A stretch of DNA of 64,000 nucleotides from contig NC_043003.1 of assembly GCF_006345805.1 (NCBI RefSeq), forward strand, positions 29,636,001 to 29,700,000, written 5' to 3'. The stretch comes from Octopus sinensis (taxonomy: Eukaryota). Positions 10,866 through 24,480 of the stretch are shown piece after piece. The translations under genes and the position numbers were made by a program. Position 1 is the stretch's first letter. Each line of letters opens with the position of its first letter. The notes under the pieces were generated by a model, which ran no database searches, was not told the DNA's origin, and saw only the letters and a program-made list of their open reading frames with translations.

Positions 10866-11400
10866 CTATGTGTCAGTGGTGTGAGATGTGTGTCGGTGGA
10901 GTGTGATGAATGTGTCAGAGGTGTGTGTTGTGTGTGTCATGGGGTTTATATTGTGGCATGTGATGTATGTGTGTAGCATGTGATGTATGCGCTGGTTGTG
11001 TGTGATATATGTATCGGTATTGTATGATATGTATGTGTGTGACATGGATATCAATTGTATGTGATGTATATTACAGTGGTATGAAATGTGTTTATCAGCT
11101 GTGCTGATGTGTGTTTCAGTGATGTGTGACATATGTATCAGTTGTGTGTTATGTGTGTCAATGTTGTGAGATGTGTGAGTTGTGTGTGATGTGAGTTTCA
11201 GTAGTGTGAGATGTGTGTGTCAGTAGCGTGTAGTATGTGTGTCAGTGGTGTGTGATGTATGTGTTAGTTTTGTGTTATGTGTGTGTCAATTGTGTATGTG
11301 TGTGACAGTTGTATGAGATGTGTGTGTCAGTTTTGTGTGATGTGTGTGTCAGTGATGTGTGATATAAGTGTCAACTGTGTGTGACAATGGTGTGTATGAA
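10866..11400. repeat. GT/GTA-rich low-complexity repeat
   Basis: Degenerate (tgtg/gtgatgtgtgtcag)n tract. Confidence 0.9.
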
Positions 11401-11412
11401 ATTGTGTAATAT

Positions 11413-11604
11413 ATTTCTTTATTACCCACAAGGGGCTAAACATAGAGAGGACAGACAAAGGGATTAAGTCGATTACATCGACCCCAGTGCGAAACTGGTA
11501 CTTTATTTATCGACCCCGAAAGGATGAAAGGCAAAGTCGGTGGAATTTGAACTCAGAACATAACGACAGACGAAATACCACTAAGCATTTCGCCCAGCGT
11601 GCTG
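11413..11604 (-). mobile_element. tRNA-derived SINE (Nin/Deu-domain-like core)
   Basis: Core gaccccagtgcgaaactggtac...cgaccccgaaaggatgaaaggcaaagtc; B-box (gagttcaaattcc) on the minus strand. Confidence 0.85.
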
Positions 11605-12834
11605 TGTCAATTGTGTATGATGGGTCAGCTGTGTATGACATATATGTAGATTGTCTTTGATGTATATGTCAGTGGCATGTGATGTATATGAGCAACAGTA
11701 GTACCTGGCATCCTATTCAGGGTGGAGTTGAGTCATGTACTCTGAGCCTAAACACTCTGAGAATCCAGCTAAGCTCCAGCTTCATGACATTGTAAGCTCA
11801 AGGTTTAATTTTGGTTACCCAACGCCATGATAACGCCTCACCCAAAGTGCTGACAGTGCAATAGGACATGAAACCACATAGTTGCAAAGGGAATTTCTTA
11901 ACTACACAGACATACCTGCAATCTGTATTTGACTTTCATTATCATTAGCAGCCGCAGTCTTTTGCTTCTATTCCATGCTGGCATGGGTTGGACAATTTTG
12001 CCTGAGTATGTTTAACAGCCAGATGCTCTTCTTGTTGCCAACCCTTTTTGTCACCTCTTATGATGACACAGGGTCACAGAGTACCTATTCTAAAACTAGA
12101 ATACACATGGTGCATGTATGTGACCTTCAGAAATATAAATATTTTAAATTAGTCATGGAGCAGATGGAATATAATGATTGCCAAGTGGGAAACATCAGCA
12201 AGAGTGTAGTTGTTTAGCCCAGGTTAGCACGGGCAAGTAGAATTATAATTAAACTTATTCCAGCTATATCCATCTTGCTCTTATTTTTATTCTCATGCTT
12301 CATTTTATAAAGGCAATATGGTATGATTTCTGGAAGAATTTGGCTGCTATTTCTAGCAGGTTGAGCAACTATGTAGCAGCGCCCTTAGTTTTGTTGTTGT
12401 TTAACCCCAGATCAACCCTGACTGATCAAAGCTATGACCAAAGTCATTCTGACAATTATCTTCTTGTCTTTTACTTTCATGTATTTCCTTCATTATTTTA
12501 AGACAATGCAAAAGCTAACAGAACCATTAGAGCACTGGGAAAATGCATTGCTATATTTCTTCCAGCTGTTTCCATTTTATCTCAAATCCCCTGCAATCAA
12601 TCTTGCTCTTCATCCCTCCAGGGTCAATAAAATAAAGTACTTGTCATGTACTGAGGTCATGGCATCAGCTTACTCCTTCTCCTCAAATTTGCCGGTCTTG
12701 TTCCAAAATTTGAAACTATTATTTAAAGACAAGACAGTGGTGGGATTATAGGAAGATTTGATTGCTATTTCTAGAGGCTCCCAAGCTGGCTCATTAGCAG
12801 GTTTGGAGTAAATAACTCTAAATATCTTTTAGAA

Positions 12835-13040
12835 CAAAAGTGGTGAGCTGGCAGAATCATTAGCACACCAGGGGAAATGCTTAGTGGTATTTTATTTGTC
12901 TTCATGTTCTAGGTCCTAATTCTGCTGAGGTTGACTTTGCCTTTCATTCTTTTGGGGTTGATGAGATAAGTACCAGTTGAGTACTAGGGTCAATGTAATC
13001 AACTAATCCCGCACCCAGAATTGCTGGCCTTGTTCCAGGA
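12835..13040 (+). mobile_element. tRNA-derived SINE
   Basis: ggtgagctggcagaatcattagcac head; gttgactttgcctttcattcttttggggttgatgagataagtaccag core. Confidence 0.8.
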
Positions 13041-13049
13041 ATGGGTTAA

Positions 13050-14720
13050 GTCGGGGCTGGATAGCTGATGGTTATGTCTAAAAAATAAAATTATTTGATT
13101 ATAAGTTGGCTGGAGCATGTCTGTGAGTGACTCTTTTAGGTGGCTCTTTCTGGATGCAGTCCAAGATGTATGCAAGTTCAGAGCAATTCTGTCCCATATA
13201 TGGAAGAAATACACTATTGTGGGCTTCACTTTAACTTTGTAGGGTGCCAATAATTGTTGAGAGTTGAAGTAATTTCTTGCCCTGAAGAGACGGGCTAGTT
13301 GTTGAGCCTGCTATGTTGAGAATTTGCTTTTGCCAGGACAAGTCCTTGATAATAGCAAAACACAAAATTTGGAGTAATCTTGAGGGCCTTACTTGCATGC
13401 TACTCCTTGTGATTAAGAGGACTGTGTTGCAATGATGCTTTCTTGATATGAGTAGCATTTGTATTTTCCTGCTGTAGGTTTCAAATTTTGTCATAAGGTC
13501 AGCAATTTTGGAGGTGAGGAAAATCAATTACATCAACTCCAGTACTCAGCTGGAACTTATTTTAAGCACCCTGAAGTGATGAAAGACAAAATCAACCTCA
13601 GCAGAATTTTAAATCACAACATGAATATGGATAAAATACTGCTAAGCATTTTGCCCAGTGTACAAATGATTCTGCCAGCTCACCTCCCTTGAAAGAGATA
13701 ATATTGGCATATCCTCATTAGAGAATAGTTATTAGATCATTGAGTCACTGCAGGCTTGGTATATGATCTCAAGATTACATGATTGGAGAATGCTCAAGAA
13801 GAATGAAGTGGAGTGTCAAAAGCTTTGCTGATGTCAAGAGTGACAAACTTTACTGCTGCCAAATTTCTCCATGGCAAAATCACACTGGTAACTAACAGAG
13901 AAGAGTAGGTTGACAATACATCTGGCTTTATGGAAACTGTATTGATGGTCATTAAGGAAAGAGATTCAAGTTGTTGGAGGACATCACTGCAAATGACTGT
14001 TTCTATTACCTTAGAACTATTAGAAAAGAATACTTTAGGATGACAGCAGGCAGGGTAAGAGAGGTTGTCTTTCTTGAAAGTGGATGCACTGTATTCATCA
14101 TCATCATCATTTAACATGTTTTCCATACTGGCAAGAGCTGATCAGTTTGACTGGAGATGACCAGACAATTGAAACCCATTTGTCTATTTTGGCTTGGTTT
14201 CTATGGCTAGATGCCCTTCCTAACACCAAACACTTGACAGAGTGTACTGGATGCATTTTATGTGGCACTGGCATGAGTGTTTTTACATGGAACCTGCACA
14301 GGTGCCTTTTACATGGTACCAAAACAGTTTTATGTGGTGGTGCTTTTTACCTGAAGAATGAGGGGAATGTTTTTTTTTTTTTTTTAGGATACATTCCAGT
14401 AAGGAGGAAGAAATTCAAAAGTTTGGTGAGTAAAGGGTTTAGCTCTGAAGGCATTAATGTTGGTTATGTGGGATACCCATAAGGAGTTGTGAATAGTGAA
14501 GATATTGAGGATAATAACTTCAGACAGAAGCAAGATGTAGGTCCTCAATGTAGGAGAAAATATAGCTGAAGAGTTGCTGGTTATTGCAGGTTTTTGAGGA
14601 GTCATAGAGAATATTATACTATCTAGATGTTCCTGAAGCAGTTATACATCTATCATAATAAATGCAAAATTCTGTCTGTCCATCCATCCTGGACCCTCAT
14701 ATCCAGACTACATTTGCTCT
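13050..14720 (-). mobile_element. Decayed CR1/L2-like LINE, interrupted by a SINE (~13478-13692) and an RTE 3' fragment (~14095-14350)
   Basis: Minus-strand remnants VKFVTLDISKAFD, IIKDLSWQKQILNIA and YKVKVKPTIVYFFHIW. Confidence 0.7.
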
Positions 14721-15079
14721 ACATAAACATATTATACCTTTTTGGAATCAGGATTATCCCAGGATTGAAATTCTGCCCTTCATTTGGTTCTTGGCCATAT
14801 AGCATTGGGATCAAGTCTGGATGAGGATTTGTTACATGCCAGCAGTTAAAAATTCAAATTTTAAAAGAACTCCAAAAATTTGTGAACTTAAAAGTTTTCC
14901 GTTTAAACTGAATTTAAAGTAATACCATATTGGCAGGGTGCCAATAAATGCTTTATTGTAATTGCTCTGTTTAGTTTGGGGTTGCAGACCCAAGTAGCCC
15001 TTTACAGGAGTGTGGCTTTTAAGCTAGTATCCTTTCAAATAAATCCTACATTATACAAGATCAAATACATCGATCTATA

Positions 15080-16700
15080 ATCCAATAAATCCTTGAATTG
15101 TATTATTTCAGACATGATCAAGGATGCATGTGTGTGTAGCTGTGGTACTATTGCCACAGATGTGGGGAAGAACCCCACTGTGTGTCTCACCTAAACTATG
15201 CAGAGGATTAGTGATTGTTAGAAATATTTTCTGATCCAGAAGATGGTCAATCTTTATAATGGAGTCTTTGCTTTATTAACGATGTGTTTGCCAGAAGAGA
15301 TCCATAGTGGTGATGATATCTAGTACTTGCAATGACCTTGAGGGTTCTAGTAGGGTACTTTTCATGTCTAAGGGGAGGCAGGATGTGATGTTTTTATGAT
15401 ATGTGAAGTGAAGAAGGGAAGATTGGCAAGATACTTTTGGAGGCGGTTTTGGGGGATCTGTTCATGGAGTCAGATTTTGAGAAAAGTTGTCTAAATTACA
15501 TATGGATGAAATTTGAAATGTAGGTTAGGGATGTATTAGAGGTGATATCATCTATGTAGGAGTGACATGGATGGAGGTGATAGCAAGTAAGTTATTGGTA
15601 TATAGGAGAAAGTATGTACAAAAAAACGGAACCTTGTCAAACACTAGAGTTGGTAGAGTGTGGGTCAGAAAAAGTCCCAACAGGACACACCATGATAATG
15701 TAATCTGACAGGATGCTACTAATCCAAGAGATGGAAGATGATAGAGCCCAGGGTCAGGTAATTTTGACTGAAAATTTGCTGGTTAGACACAATCAAATGC
15801 TTTATTAATATTGAGTAACAACTTAAGGCAGCAAGCTACAGAATCATTAGCAAACCACAAAAAATGTTTTGCGGGATTTCATCCATCTTTATATTTTGAG
15901 CTTAAATTCCACCAAGATCAGCTTTGCCTTTCATCCTTTCAGAGTCAATAAAATAAGTACCAGTTGATGACTGGGGTCATGTAAATGGTTTAGCCATCCT
16001 CTGAACTTGCTGGCCTTGTGCCAAAATTTGAAACCAATATTGAGTGACAATACTGCTTTCACTAAATTTTTTGAGGGAAAAAGTCCACTAGTGAGTGGCG
16101 TAAAACAGCAAATGTCCAGTAGATCTGACTTTATGAAAGATGTACAGGGGAAGGAGGGGAAGAGAGAATCAAGGCATTGAAGAAAGCCATTGTTAATAAC
16201 TATTTCCATCATCTTTGAAATAGTGAAAGTGAAATAGGATGGTAGTTGGTAGGGTGAGAAGGGTTACCCTTTTCTTAAGAATAGGGTACCCTGCAGTTTG
16301 TTTCCAAAGACTGGAATATATTCAGAGAGAGGGGGCCAGAACAAGAGAGAGAGAGAGAGAGAGAGAGAAGCATTTGACAAGGAAAGTTGAGTTCTGGGGC
16401 ATATTATTTAAAGGTAATATTCCCAATGGGTCAGATGTAAGGACATGTGCTGTTGATGATAGACCAGCTGACTTGAAGTGCTATAGAGCCCTGAAAATGG
16501 GTGGGAGCATTGCATAAGCAGATGTGTGATGAGCAACCACTATAAGGCCTCAACCTGTGAATTACAGAAACAGCAATAATTTAGCAGAAGCTGAGTCTGA
16601 ATGTAAGAAAGATATCAAGTGTTTGAATTGTTTGTGTGTCACTCATGGATGCATACAGGGAATGAAACTATATGAAGAACATTGGAATCTGTTGAGATTC
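15080..16700 (-). mobile_element. Second decayed CR1/L2-like LINE, with an embedded SINE (~15830-16045, +)
   Basis: Minus strand around 15540-15650 reads QGSV...FLLYTNNLL...DD (RT motifs B/C, degenerate). Confidence 0.55.
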
Positions 16701-16924
16701 TTGATAAACCAAATTTAGTCTTCTTGTACACAAAAAATGAATGTTGTCATTACTACGAACAACAAAACACCAAGAGAGTTTTGAATGTTATTGTTCTTGG
16801 TGCTGTTGTAGCAGCAGATAAAGTGTTGTTAGTTGCTTGCTGACCACTGACTTCCAATGTTGTTCATCCTCCAGCTGTGTATTGCCTTTATGTTGTCAGC
16901 TGCTGTCCACTGTCTCTGTTGACC

Positions 16925-17520
16925 AACTCTATCACCATCATCGTCATCATTTAGCATCCATTTTCTATGCTATAATGGGTAAGATAGTTGCTGGTAAGCT
17001 GGAGAGCTGCACCAAGCCCCAGTCCATTTTGGCTTGGCTTCTACACTTAGATGCCCTTCCTAATGCCTACCTCCCCATAGAGTGTACTGGGTGTCTTTTA
17101 CATGGGCACCTTTTACATGACACCAGCATGGATGCCTTTTAAATGTCACTGGCATGAATGTCAGTGGTACAGGTGCCTTTCACATGTCACCAGCACTGGC
17201 CACGACTATAATTTCACTTAGCTTGATATATCTTCTCAAGCACAGCAAATCACCAAAAGTCTCAGTCACTTGCCATCACCTCCATGAGACTCAACATCTG
17301 AAGATCATATTTCACATCCCACATCTTTCTGGGTCTAACTCTTCCACGGGTTCCTTCCACAGTTAGAGATCGGTACTTCTTTATGCAGCTGTCATCTATG
17401 CACATCACATGACCATACCAGTGTAGTCTTCTCTCTTACACACTATATCTGATGCCTTTTATACCCAATATTTCTCTTAAGATGCTTACACTCTGTCATA
17501 CAAGCACACTGACATTGCAT
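16925..17520 (-). mobile_element. RTE LINE 3' fragment
   Basis: catcatttagcatccattttctatgc tail and gatgcccttcctaatgcc 3' UTR motif. Confidence 0.75.
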
Positions 17521-18082
17521 ATCCAGCAGAGTTTCAACTACTATCATTAGAGTTATCTTCCTTTCTAAAGGGAGGTTTATCTATTAATTGAAAGCATAAC
17601 TTCAGATGATTGACATTTTTCAACTCCCAATATACGTGAGACCCTACCATAAATGTATTTAGTATTCTGAACCCTCCCATAAGATGTTTTCCTCAGTCAT
17701 ATTGTTGATGCATAACTTTTCTCAACAAATGATCATAGCTTTGTTAGTGAAGCATACACCATATATGCCAACATACAAGTTGATGTAGTACACATATTTT
17801 CAGGTATATTTTTCAGTCAAAATATCAATGTTTAAGTCTATACTCATCATATAAGTCAACCCGCTTTCTCCCAAATAATCAATCTGCCAAAGATTTTTCT
17901 ATGCAGCTATTGAGAAATCAGGACATCATCAGGATTAGAATGGATTGGATCATCAGAGCTTGCACAAGGAATGACAAATGGCAGATTTCGCAACAGGATG
18001 AAAAAAAGACATAATGGGGAAAATAGTTTCCATTTGAAATAATGTTTAATCATTTAATTTTTGATATTTGCCTTTATTTATG

Positions 18083-18465
18083 ACTAGCAGTATAGCCCAG
18101 CATTGCTCAGGCTTGTTTTCTTTTCGACCCTTTAGAATTGGGATTTTTGAAAAGTAAAAATTTTGCATTTTGTAGCTTGTTATTCTCTTTAAGTGAACAT
18201 TTTTCTGGTTGAAATACACCGAAAAATGGTGCCACAGCAGTAAAAAAATCGTAAAAAATAGGGATTTTCAGAGAAAAAAAGCACCTTTTTGATGTAAATA
18301 ATTTTTGATGTTAACATGGTCTGATTTGAATTTTTTCTTCTACGGAAGGAAGAGCAAGCCTTCTTCTATCATACTCTCAATTTTTGTCAACTTGCGCCAC
18401 AGGGTCTCAGAGGAGATAGCGTTAGTTGAAGGCTACCAAACCTGCCATACACAGACAACTTCAGC
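18083..18465 (+). mobile_element. Non-autonomous Helitron/Helentron-like element whose 3' end is interrupted by a CR1 tail
   Basis: Starts actagcagtatagcccagcattgctcagg; ends acagacaacttcagct, with the remainder (atatatagagagagagat) after the CR1 insert. Confidence 0.5.
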
Positions 18466-18722
18466 TGAAGCATGGAACAAACTGCCAGCATCAGTTGTTA
18501 GTTGTCGGAGCACTGCATCCTTCAAAACTTCCATGCTTTCTGAGATTCGCCAACACTACACCTGATTTTCTCCCCTCCACACACACACACAAGCATGTAT
18601 CTGACTCATACATTGTTCACTTTCCAGACATTTGTACATTACTGCATATACTTTATATGCACTTTCTGACAAGTTGTGGTGCACCTGAGCACTGTATACA
18701 ATAATTTCATTATTATTATTAT
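18464..18722 (+). mobile_element. CR1 LINE 3' end
   Basis: AEAWNKLPASVVSCRSTASFK...EIRQHYT*, then gtgcacctgagcactgta and a (TTA)n tail; homologous to 52440-52985. Confidence 0.85.
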
Positions 18723-19492
18723 ATAGAGAGAGAGATTACAATCACACATCAATATGAAAACAAAGTATGTATAAAGAGAATTAACAGGTAACTAAAATTT
18801 TTGTTATATGCTGTCAAAATGGCCCTGAATTGTGTACATTCAGACATCGTCACTATCTTTCCAAATTCTGCTGCATTTCAAGTTGTCTTGGTGCAGAAGT
18901 AGACCTACCATTTTTGGTTGTAAATTTTATTCTGAAAAATTCAACTTGTGCGCTGAAAAATACAATAATTGGTTTAGTCAATGTTCAGGTTTTGCTTATA
19001 TGCAATCTATCATCTACAGCAAAACAAAGTCGCCTTGTGAATGTTTGAACACTGAATGTAACAGCTTGTAACTAAATACTGAAAGGTATTTTGTCTGACA
19101 CTGTACACCATTCTATATGTGCAATATCAGTCATCTACATATATAGGAATCAATATTCATCTGTCTTGTAGCAACATTAGCATTTCTCAATGAATGTTTT
19201 CCAAACTTTGCACTCAAATCTAAAATCATTCTGTAATAATGCATGGAAAACAAAACAATTCATCGAGTCTGAGTTTCCTGAACATAAATCAAAGAGGATT
19301 CAAGAATTGTGGTGGCTTAAGACTAATAGTTGTAATGGAGTGATTACCTCTCTTTTTTCTCTCTAACTTAGACTAATTCTTTCTTTCTCATACATACAGA
19401 ACACATGCAATACAAAATGACATACGATAAACTTACACACTTTTTTTACCCCACCTTCCTCTTAAACAATGCTCTATATACAGAAAATATTG

Positions 19493-20304
19493 GTTTCAAA
19501 TTTTGGCCCAAGGCCAGCAACTTCTAGGGAGGGTTAAGTTGACTACACTGACCCCAGTACTCAACTGGTGCTTATTTTATTGACCCCAAAAGAATGAAAG
19601 ACAAAGCTGACTTCAGCGAAATTTGAATTCAGAATATAAAGACAGATGAAATACTTATTTCTTTACTAAACACAGAGGGAACAAACAAGCACAGACAAAC
19701 GGATTAAGTTGATTATATCGACCCCTGTGCGTAACTGGTACTTATTTAATCGACCCCAAAGGATGAAAGGCAAATTCGACCTCGGTGGAATTTGAACTCA
19801 GAATGTAGCGACAGACGAAATACTGCTAAGCATTTCGCCTGGCGTGCTAACATTTCTGCCAGCTCGCCACCTTAGACAGATGAAATACCTATTTCTTTAC
19901 TACCCACAAGGGGCTAAACACAGAGGGGACAAACAAGGACAGACAAACGGATTAAATCAATTACATTGACCCCAGTGTGTAACTGGTACTTAATTTATCA
20001 GCCCCGAAAGGATGAAAGGCAAAGCCGACCTCGGCGGAATTTGAACTCACAACGTAAAGGCAGATAAAATACCTATTTCTTTATTACCCACAAGGGGCTA
20101 AACACAGAGGGGACAAACAAGGACAGACATAGGTATTAAGTCGACTACATCGACCCCAGCGCGTAACTGGTACTTAATTTATCGACCCCGAAAGGATGAA
20201 AGGCAAAGTCGACCTCGGCGGAATTTGAACTCACAACGTAACACAGACAAAATACCGCAAGGCATTTCGTCCGGCATGCTAACGATTCTGCCAGCTCGCC
20301 GCCT
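19493..20304 (-). mobile_element. Nest of four tRNA-derived SINE copies
   Basis: Outer TSD acagaaaatattg (19480-19492, 20307-20319); inner TSD agacagatgaaatac (19640-19654, 19874-19888); three junctions gaaatac|(c/t)tatttcttta. Confidence 0.9.
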
Positions 20305-20611
20305 ACACAGAAAATATTGAATTGGTGAAATTCTTAAAATTCTTAATCTTAAAATCATATCTTCAAAAAGTCAGTGTGTAGTTTCAAATACTATGGAAGG
20401 TAGAACATAATTTAATCTTTTATTGCTATACATCTAAATTTGTTTTATTTATAAAATATTCAGATCTTATGCTCTATGAATTAGACTGTTAATTTTTTTT
20501 ATGTTTATAAAGTATACTAAAGTGTTACTCATGAAATGACTGGTGACTATAGAAATATACTTTTACCACTATGGATTATTTTACAAAAGTTGCGTTATTA
20601 TTACTATATAG

Positions 20612-20830
20612 TGGTGAGCTGACAGAATTGTTAGCATGCCAGGCAAAATGCCTTTCATCCTTTTGGGGGCCAATAAATTAAGTATCAGTCAAGTACTGGG
20701 GTTGATGTGATCGACTTTCCCCCTCCACGAAAATTTCAGACTTTGTGCCTATAGTAGAAATGATTCCATGCTAACCGTCCAACCCATGCTAGCATGGAAA
20801 ATGGACGCTAAATGATGATGATGATGATGA
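20612..20830 (+). mobile_element. Deleted SINE followed by a short RTE 3' tail
   Basis: ggtgagctgacagaattgttagc head, then ccaacccatgctagcatggaaaatggacgctaaa(tga)n. Confidence 0.7.
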
Positions 20831-21174
20831 TGTATACAATATTTTCTGACAGTACTCATCATGGCAAAAGTGTGTTGTCTGAGTGTGTGTTATGTTGAAA
20901 CAATGTTGCTGGAAAGGATTATTGGTTAATTTGAAGATTATGTAATAATAATTTAATAACACCAAGCAAACATTTAAACATGATTTATTATTACTGTAAG
21001 AGTCATATAAAGTTGGTCATGCATTACAAATAAACATGTAAAGTCAGCAAGATGAAAGAAATATAATAATGCAACATGCAAAGTGGCAGGATATCAAAAT
21101 AACCACTGGGGTTGAATTAAACGCAAGAAATGTATGTGTGTGTGTGTGTGTGTGTGTGTGCACTTCACTTCTGC

Positions 21175-21320
21175 TATCATCATCATTTAGCATCCGCTCT
21201 CCATGCTAGCATGGGTTGGACGGTTCAACTGGGGTCTGGGAAGCCAGAAGGCTGAACCAGGCGCAGTCTGATCTGGCAATGTTTCTATGGCTGGATGCCC
21301 TTCCTAACGCCAACCACTCA
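21175..21320 (-). mobile_element. RTE 3' end fragment
   Basis: catcatcatttagcatccgctctccatgctagcatgggttggacgg...gatgcccttcctaacgcc. Confidence 0.8.
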
Positions 21321-23069
21321 TAAGTTGTATATTGATTTAAGCATGTGGTCATTAAAATGACAAAAATTGTGTATTTTGTACCATGGCCACGGACATACTG
21401 GAGCTTGGTAAGAGTGGTTACAACATTCTGGCCTAATGTCTACAATCTACAACACTCTACCAAATGGTTTTAAAAATCAACTCTATTTATAATCATTGGA
21501 GGTAAAAGTTCCAGGGCCTTCCATAATCTTTCATGTGATGTCTGGCTTCTGATTAGACAATAACTTTGCTGCACATATGATCAAGCTGTTGGTATATTGT
21601 GACTTGAAATCCACAATGTGGCAATGCAAGTTTGCATCCTGCTACAAGTGTTTTAATATTATTGTGGCAGTTGTAGTGATAAATCCATTTGGAACAGTTT
21701 GCTATAAATTGTACTGGTAGCAAATACTCTAGTGATTAATGCTAAGAAAATTTACTCTGCTAATAAGCAGCTTACTTGAAAGTCATCTAAGGAAAATATT
21801 CAACACAATATAAACTATTGCAGAATCTTTTTCAGCAACAGCCAACCACTGAGTCATTTACTCCTCATACTCTCTTTCAATGATTCTTTGTGTGTGTAAG
21901 TAATGTTCCTTTACTTATTGCTTGCCACCAAGCCTAGTATGTGCACTCATCCTGCATCTCTTATGTTAGCTCACTCTTTATCTCTCTTTTACTCTCTCTG
22001 TTTTCACTCTCTATATGATGCAAAATATGACTGGAAAATCAACCAACCAACTAATCAACTAACAAACCAACCAACCAACCAACATTTATCATTATATGGA
22101 GAAAATGTATATGAAACACAACCCCAACTTTCAGAAGACCACATGTGATTCTATAGACTTTGTGCAAAAAGAAGGATGGATGCTAACTCTTAAAGTCAGA
22201 GAAAAGATTTACTCTTCAGCTGGTTCTCTTTTGCTCCACTTCGTAAAAAGCCAAATTTAAGCACTAAGTCTTGGATAGGTTGTGTTTTAAAAGAAAATGT
22301 TACTTTTGTATGTTATTTTGTTTAGCTCCAGGTCAACCTAGATTGAGCAAATCTATGATCAAAGGACTTTTACATCTGAGTATTCTGTGGGGGGGGGGGG
22401 TTCTAGATATATCTTAGACTACATTATTACCATCATCATTATTAAAGGCCCATGTTTCAAGCTAGCACAAGTTGGATGGTTTGACAGTCTAAGGACTGCA
22501 TCATACCCCAGTTTCTGCTTTGGCATGGTTCGTATGGCCAAATACCCTTCATGACACCAACCACTTTACAAAATATACTGTGTGCTTTTTTTTATGGCAT
22601 CAACACTAATGGAGTTGCAATATTGCTTGCAATACTATGAACCCCTAAGGAAGTTGTTTTATATAAGGAGATGGGGGGTTAAAGTATGAAAGAAAAGGTA
22701 GAGTAGAACAGATTTCTTGCTGTTGAGGAGCAGCATAACCACCTACATTTTAGAAGAGAGGGTGGGAGTAATCAGGTGGAGCAGTAACCAATATATCCTA
22801 CTATGTTTTAATGTGTTATGAAAGGGAGGTTGGACTGCTTACAGCAGGTCAAGTCCCCTTATTGACTTTAGGTATATTTGAATGTGTTTGTGATTAATAT
22901 AGACCAGAGGTTCTCTATTTATTTGTAGCTTAGTAAGTAGAATTTTAAGACAATCCCACCACTCAATAAGAAAATGCCAACACTTTCTTTTCAGTTTATT
23001 CATGGCCATCCTATATTTAGTCACAGAAAATCAATACTTAATAATTGTTTCTAATTTAAGTATAAGGCT

Positions 23070-23285
23070 AAGGCAGTGAACTGGCAGAATCATTAGCACA
23101 CCAGACAAAATGTTTAGCAGCATTTCGTCTGTCTTTACATTCTGTGTTCAAACGCTCCAGGGTCAGCTTTGCCTTTCATCCTTTCGGAGTTAATAAATTA
23201 AGTACCAGTTCAGCACTGGGGTCAATGGAATCAACTTGCCCCTCCCAGAAATTGTTGGCCTTGAGCCAAAATTTGAAACCAGTTT
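23070..23285 (+). mobile_element. tRNA-derived SINE
   Basis: ggcagtgaactggcagaatcattagcac...gcctttcatcctttcggagttaataaattaagtaccag. Confidence 0.8.
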
Positions 23286-24235
23286 ATGTATAAAGCTAGC
23301 ATTTTTAAGGGGATGGGATTAGTTGATTACATCATCTCCAATACTTAACTGCTACTTTGTTTTATTCATCCTCAAAAGGATAGCAGGTAAATTTGCTCTG
23401 AATTCAAATCCTAGGGAGGTCAAATTTAAAGTGTCAGACATGGCGGGACAAATACAGCAAAGTGATTTAATTTATAACACTTCATAATTTTTGGGGTTTT
23501 TTTGCACAAGTCCAGCTGTTTTGAGGGAAGGAGACAAAAGCAGAAAATGTTTGTCTGAGCCCTTTTTTGTTAATAAATAGCATGAGGATTTTTTATTTTA
23601 ATTCAGAGGCAAGACTTTGTTTTCAGGAACCTATGCCACAATATTTTTGTTGGTGTTGAAGCACATGTAACCAAGTTTGACTGAGGTGAAAAGACAGCAT
23701 TCTTTGTCATGTATTAATGATTTGCTGCATAATTTTATTTAGCGGAAGAATAGAGTGTCGCTGTTAATTGAAAGCTCATTCCTAGTATTATTCCCGCCAT
23801 TTTATATGCAACACATGAGAAGCAAGAATTTGTATTAAGAGACATCTCCTTCCAGCAATAAACTCAGAATGTAAAGTCTGAAGAAAGGTTGCTAAGCATT
23901 TTTCCTGGCATAGTAACAATTCTGCTAGCTCACTGCCTTATATGTAAGAATAATATTGATAAAAGAATTCTAAAATTTGAAATAAAACAAAACGTTTTAT
24001 ATCTTTTGTTTCAATTTCAATAAATAAAATCCTTTGAAAAAGAAGGATGCTTACTAATTTAAATTTTAAAATAAATTAGAAATATTGGATTTTAGTACAT
24101 CATGTCATTTATTTCACTCACTGATAATACAATATATATGGCATAACAGAATGTATACTTCAATGCAGATATATATTTTACATAATAAAAAAAAAAGTAA
24201 AATATTTTAATGCAGCACTTAGTGCCTTAATTGCT

Positions 24236-24480
24236 TGCACACCACAAGGTTCAAAGGAAGCTACAGAAGCAAGCCAACACACTCGCGGCATTACCATGGG
24301 CGATGGCGTGGTTAAGGTGTTGGAAAAGCCAAGTAGAGTCACAGGCATCAACTGACAACTCGGTAAGGCGAGCTGTCAAAGACGACAAGAACTTCGCCGT
24401 TAGCGACGAACCCTCTAAACGTCTCAAAAGTTACAGGCTGGAAGAGGTAGTTCACTGTCAGGTCTCGATACTTCAGGGAC
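24236..24480 (-). mobile_element. CRE-clade non-LTR retrotransposon 3' fragment (RLE C-terminus)
   Basis: Minus strand reads SLKYRDLTVNYLFQPVTFET, then after one frameshift TAKFLSSLTARLTELSVDACDSTWLFQHLNHAIAHGNAASVLA*. This matches the CRE signature KY..L...Y.F.P.A.ET...QRLS.AIQRGNAASVL. Confidence 0.75.
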
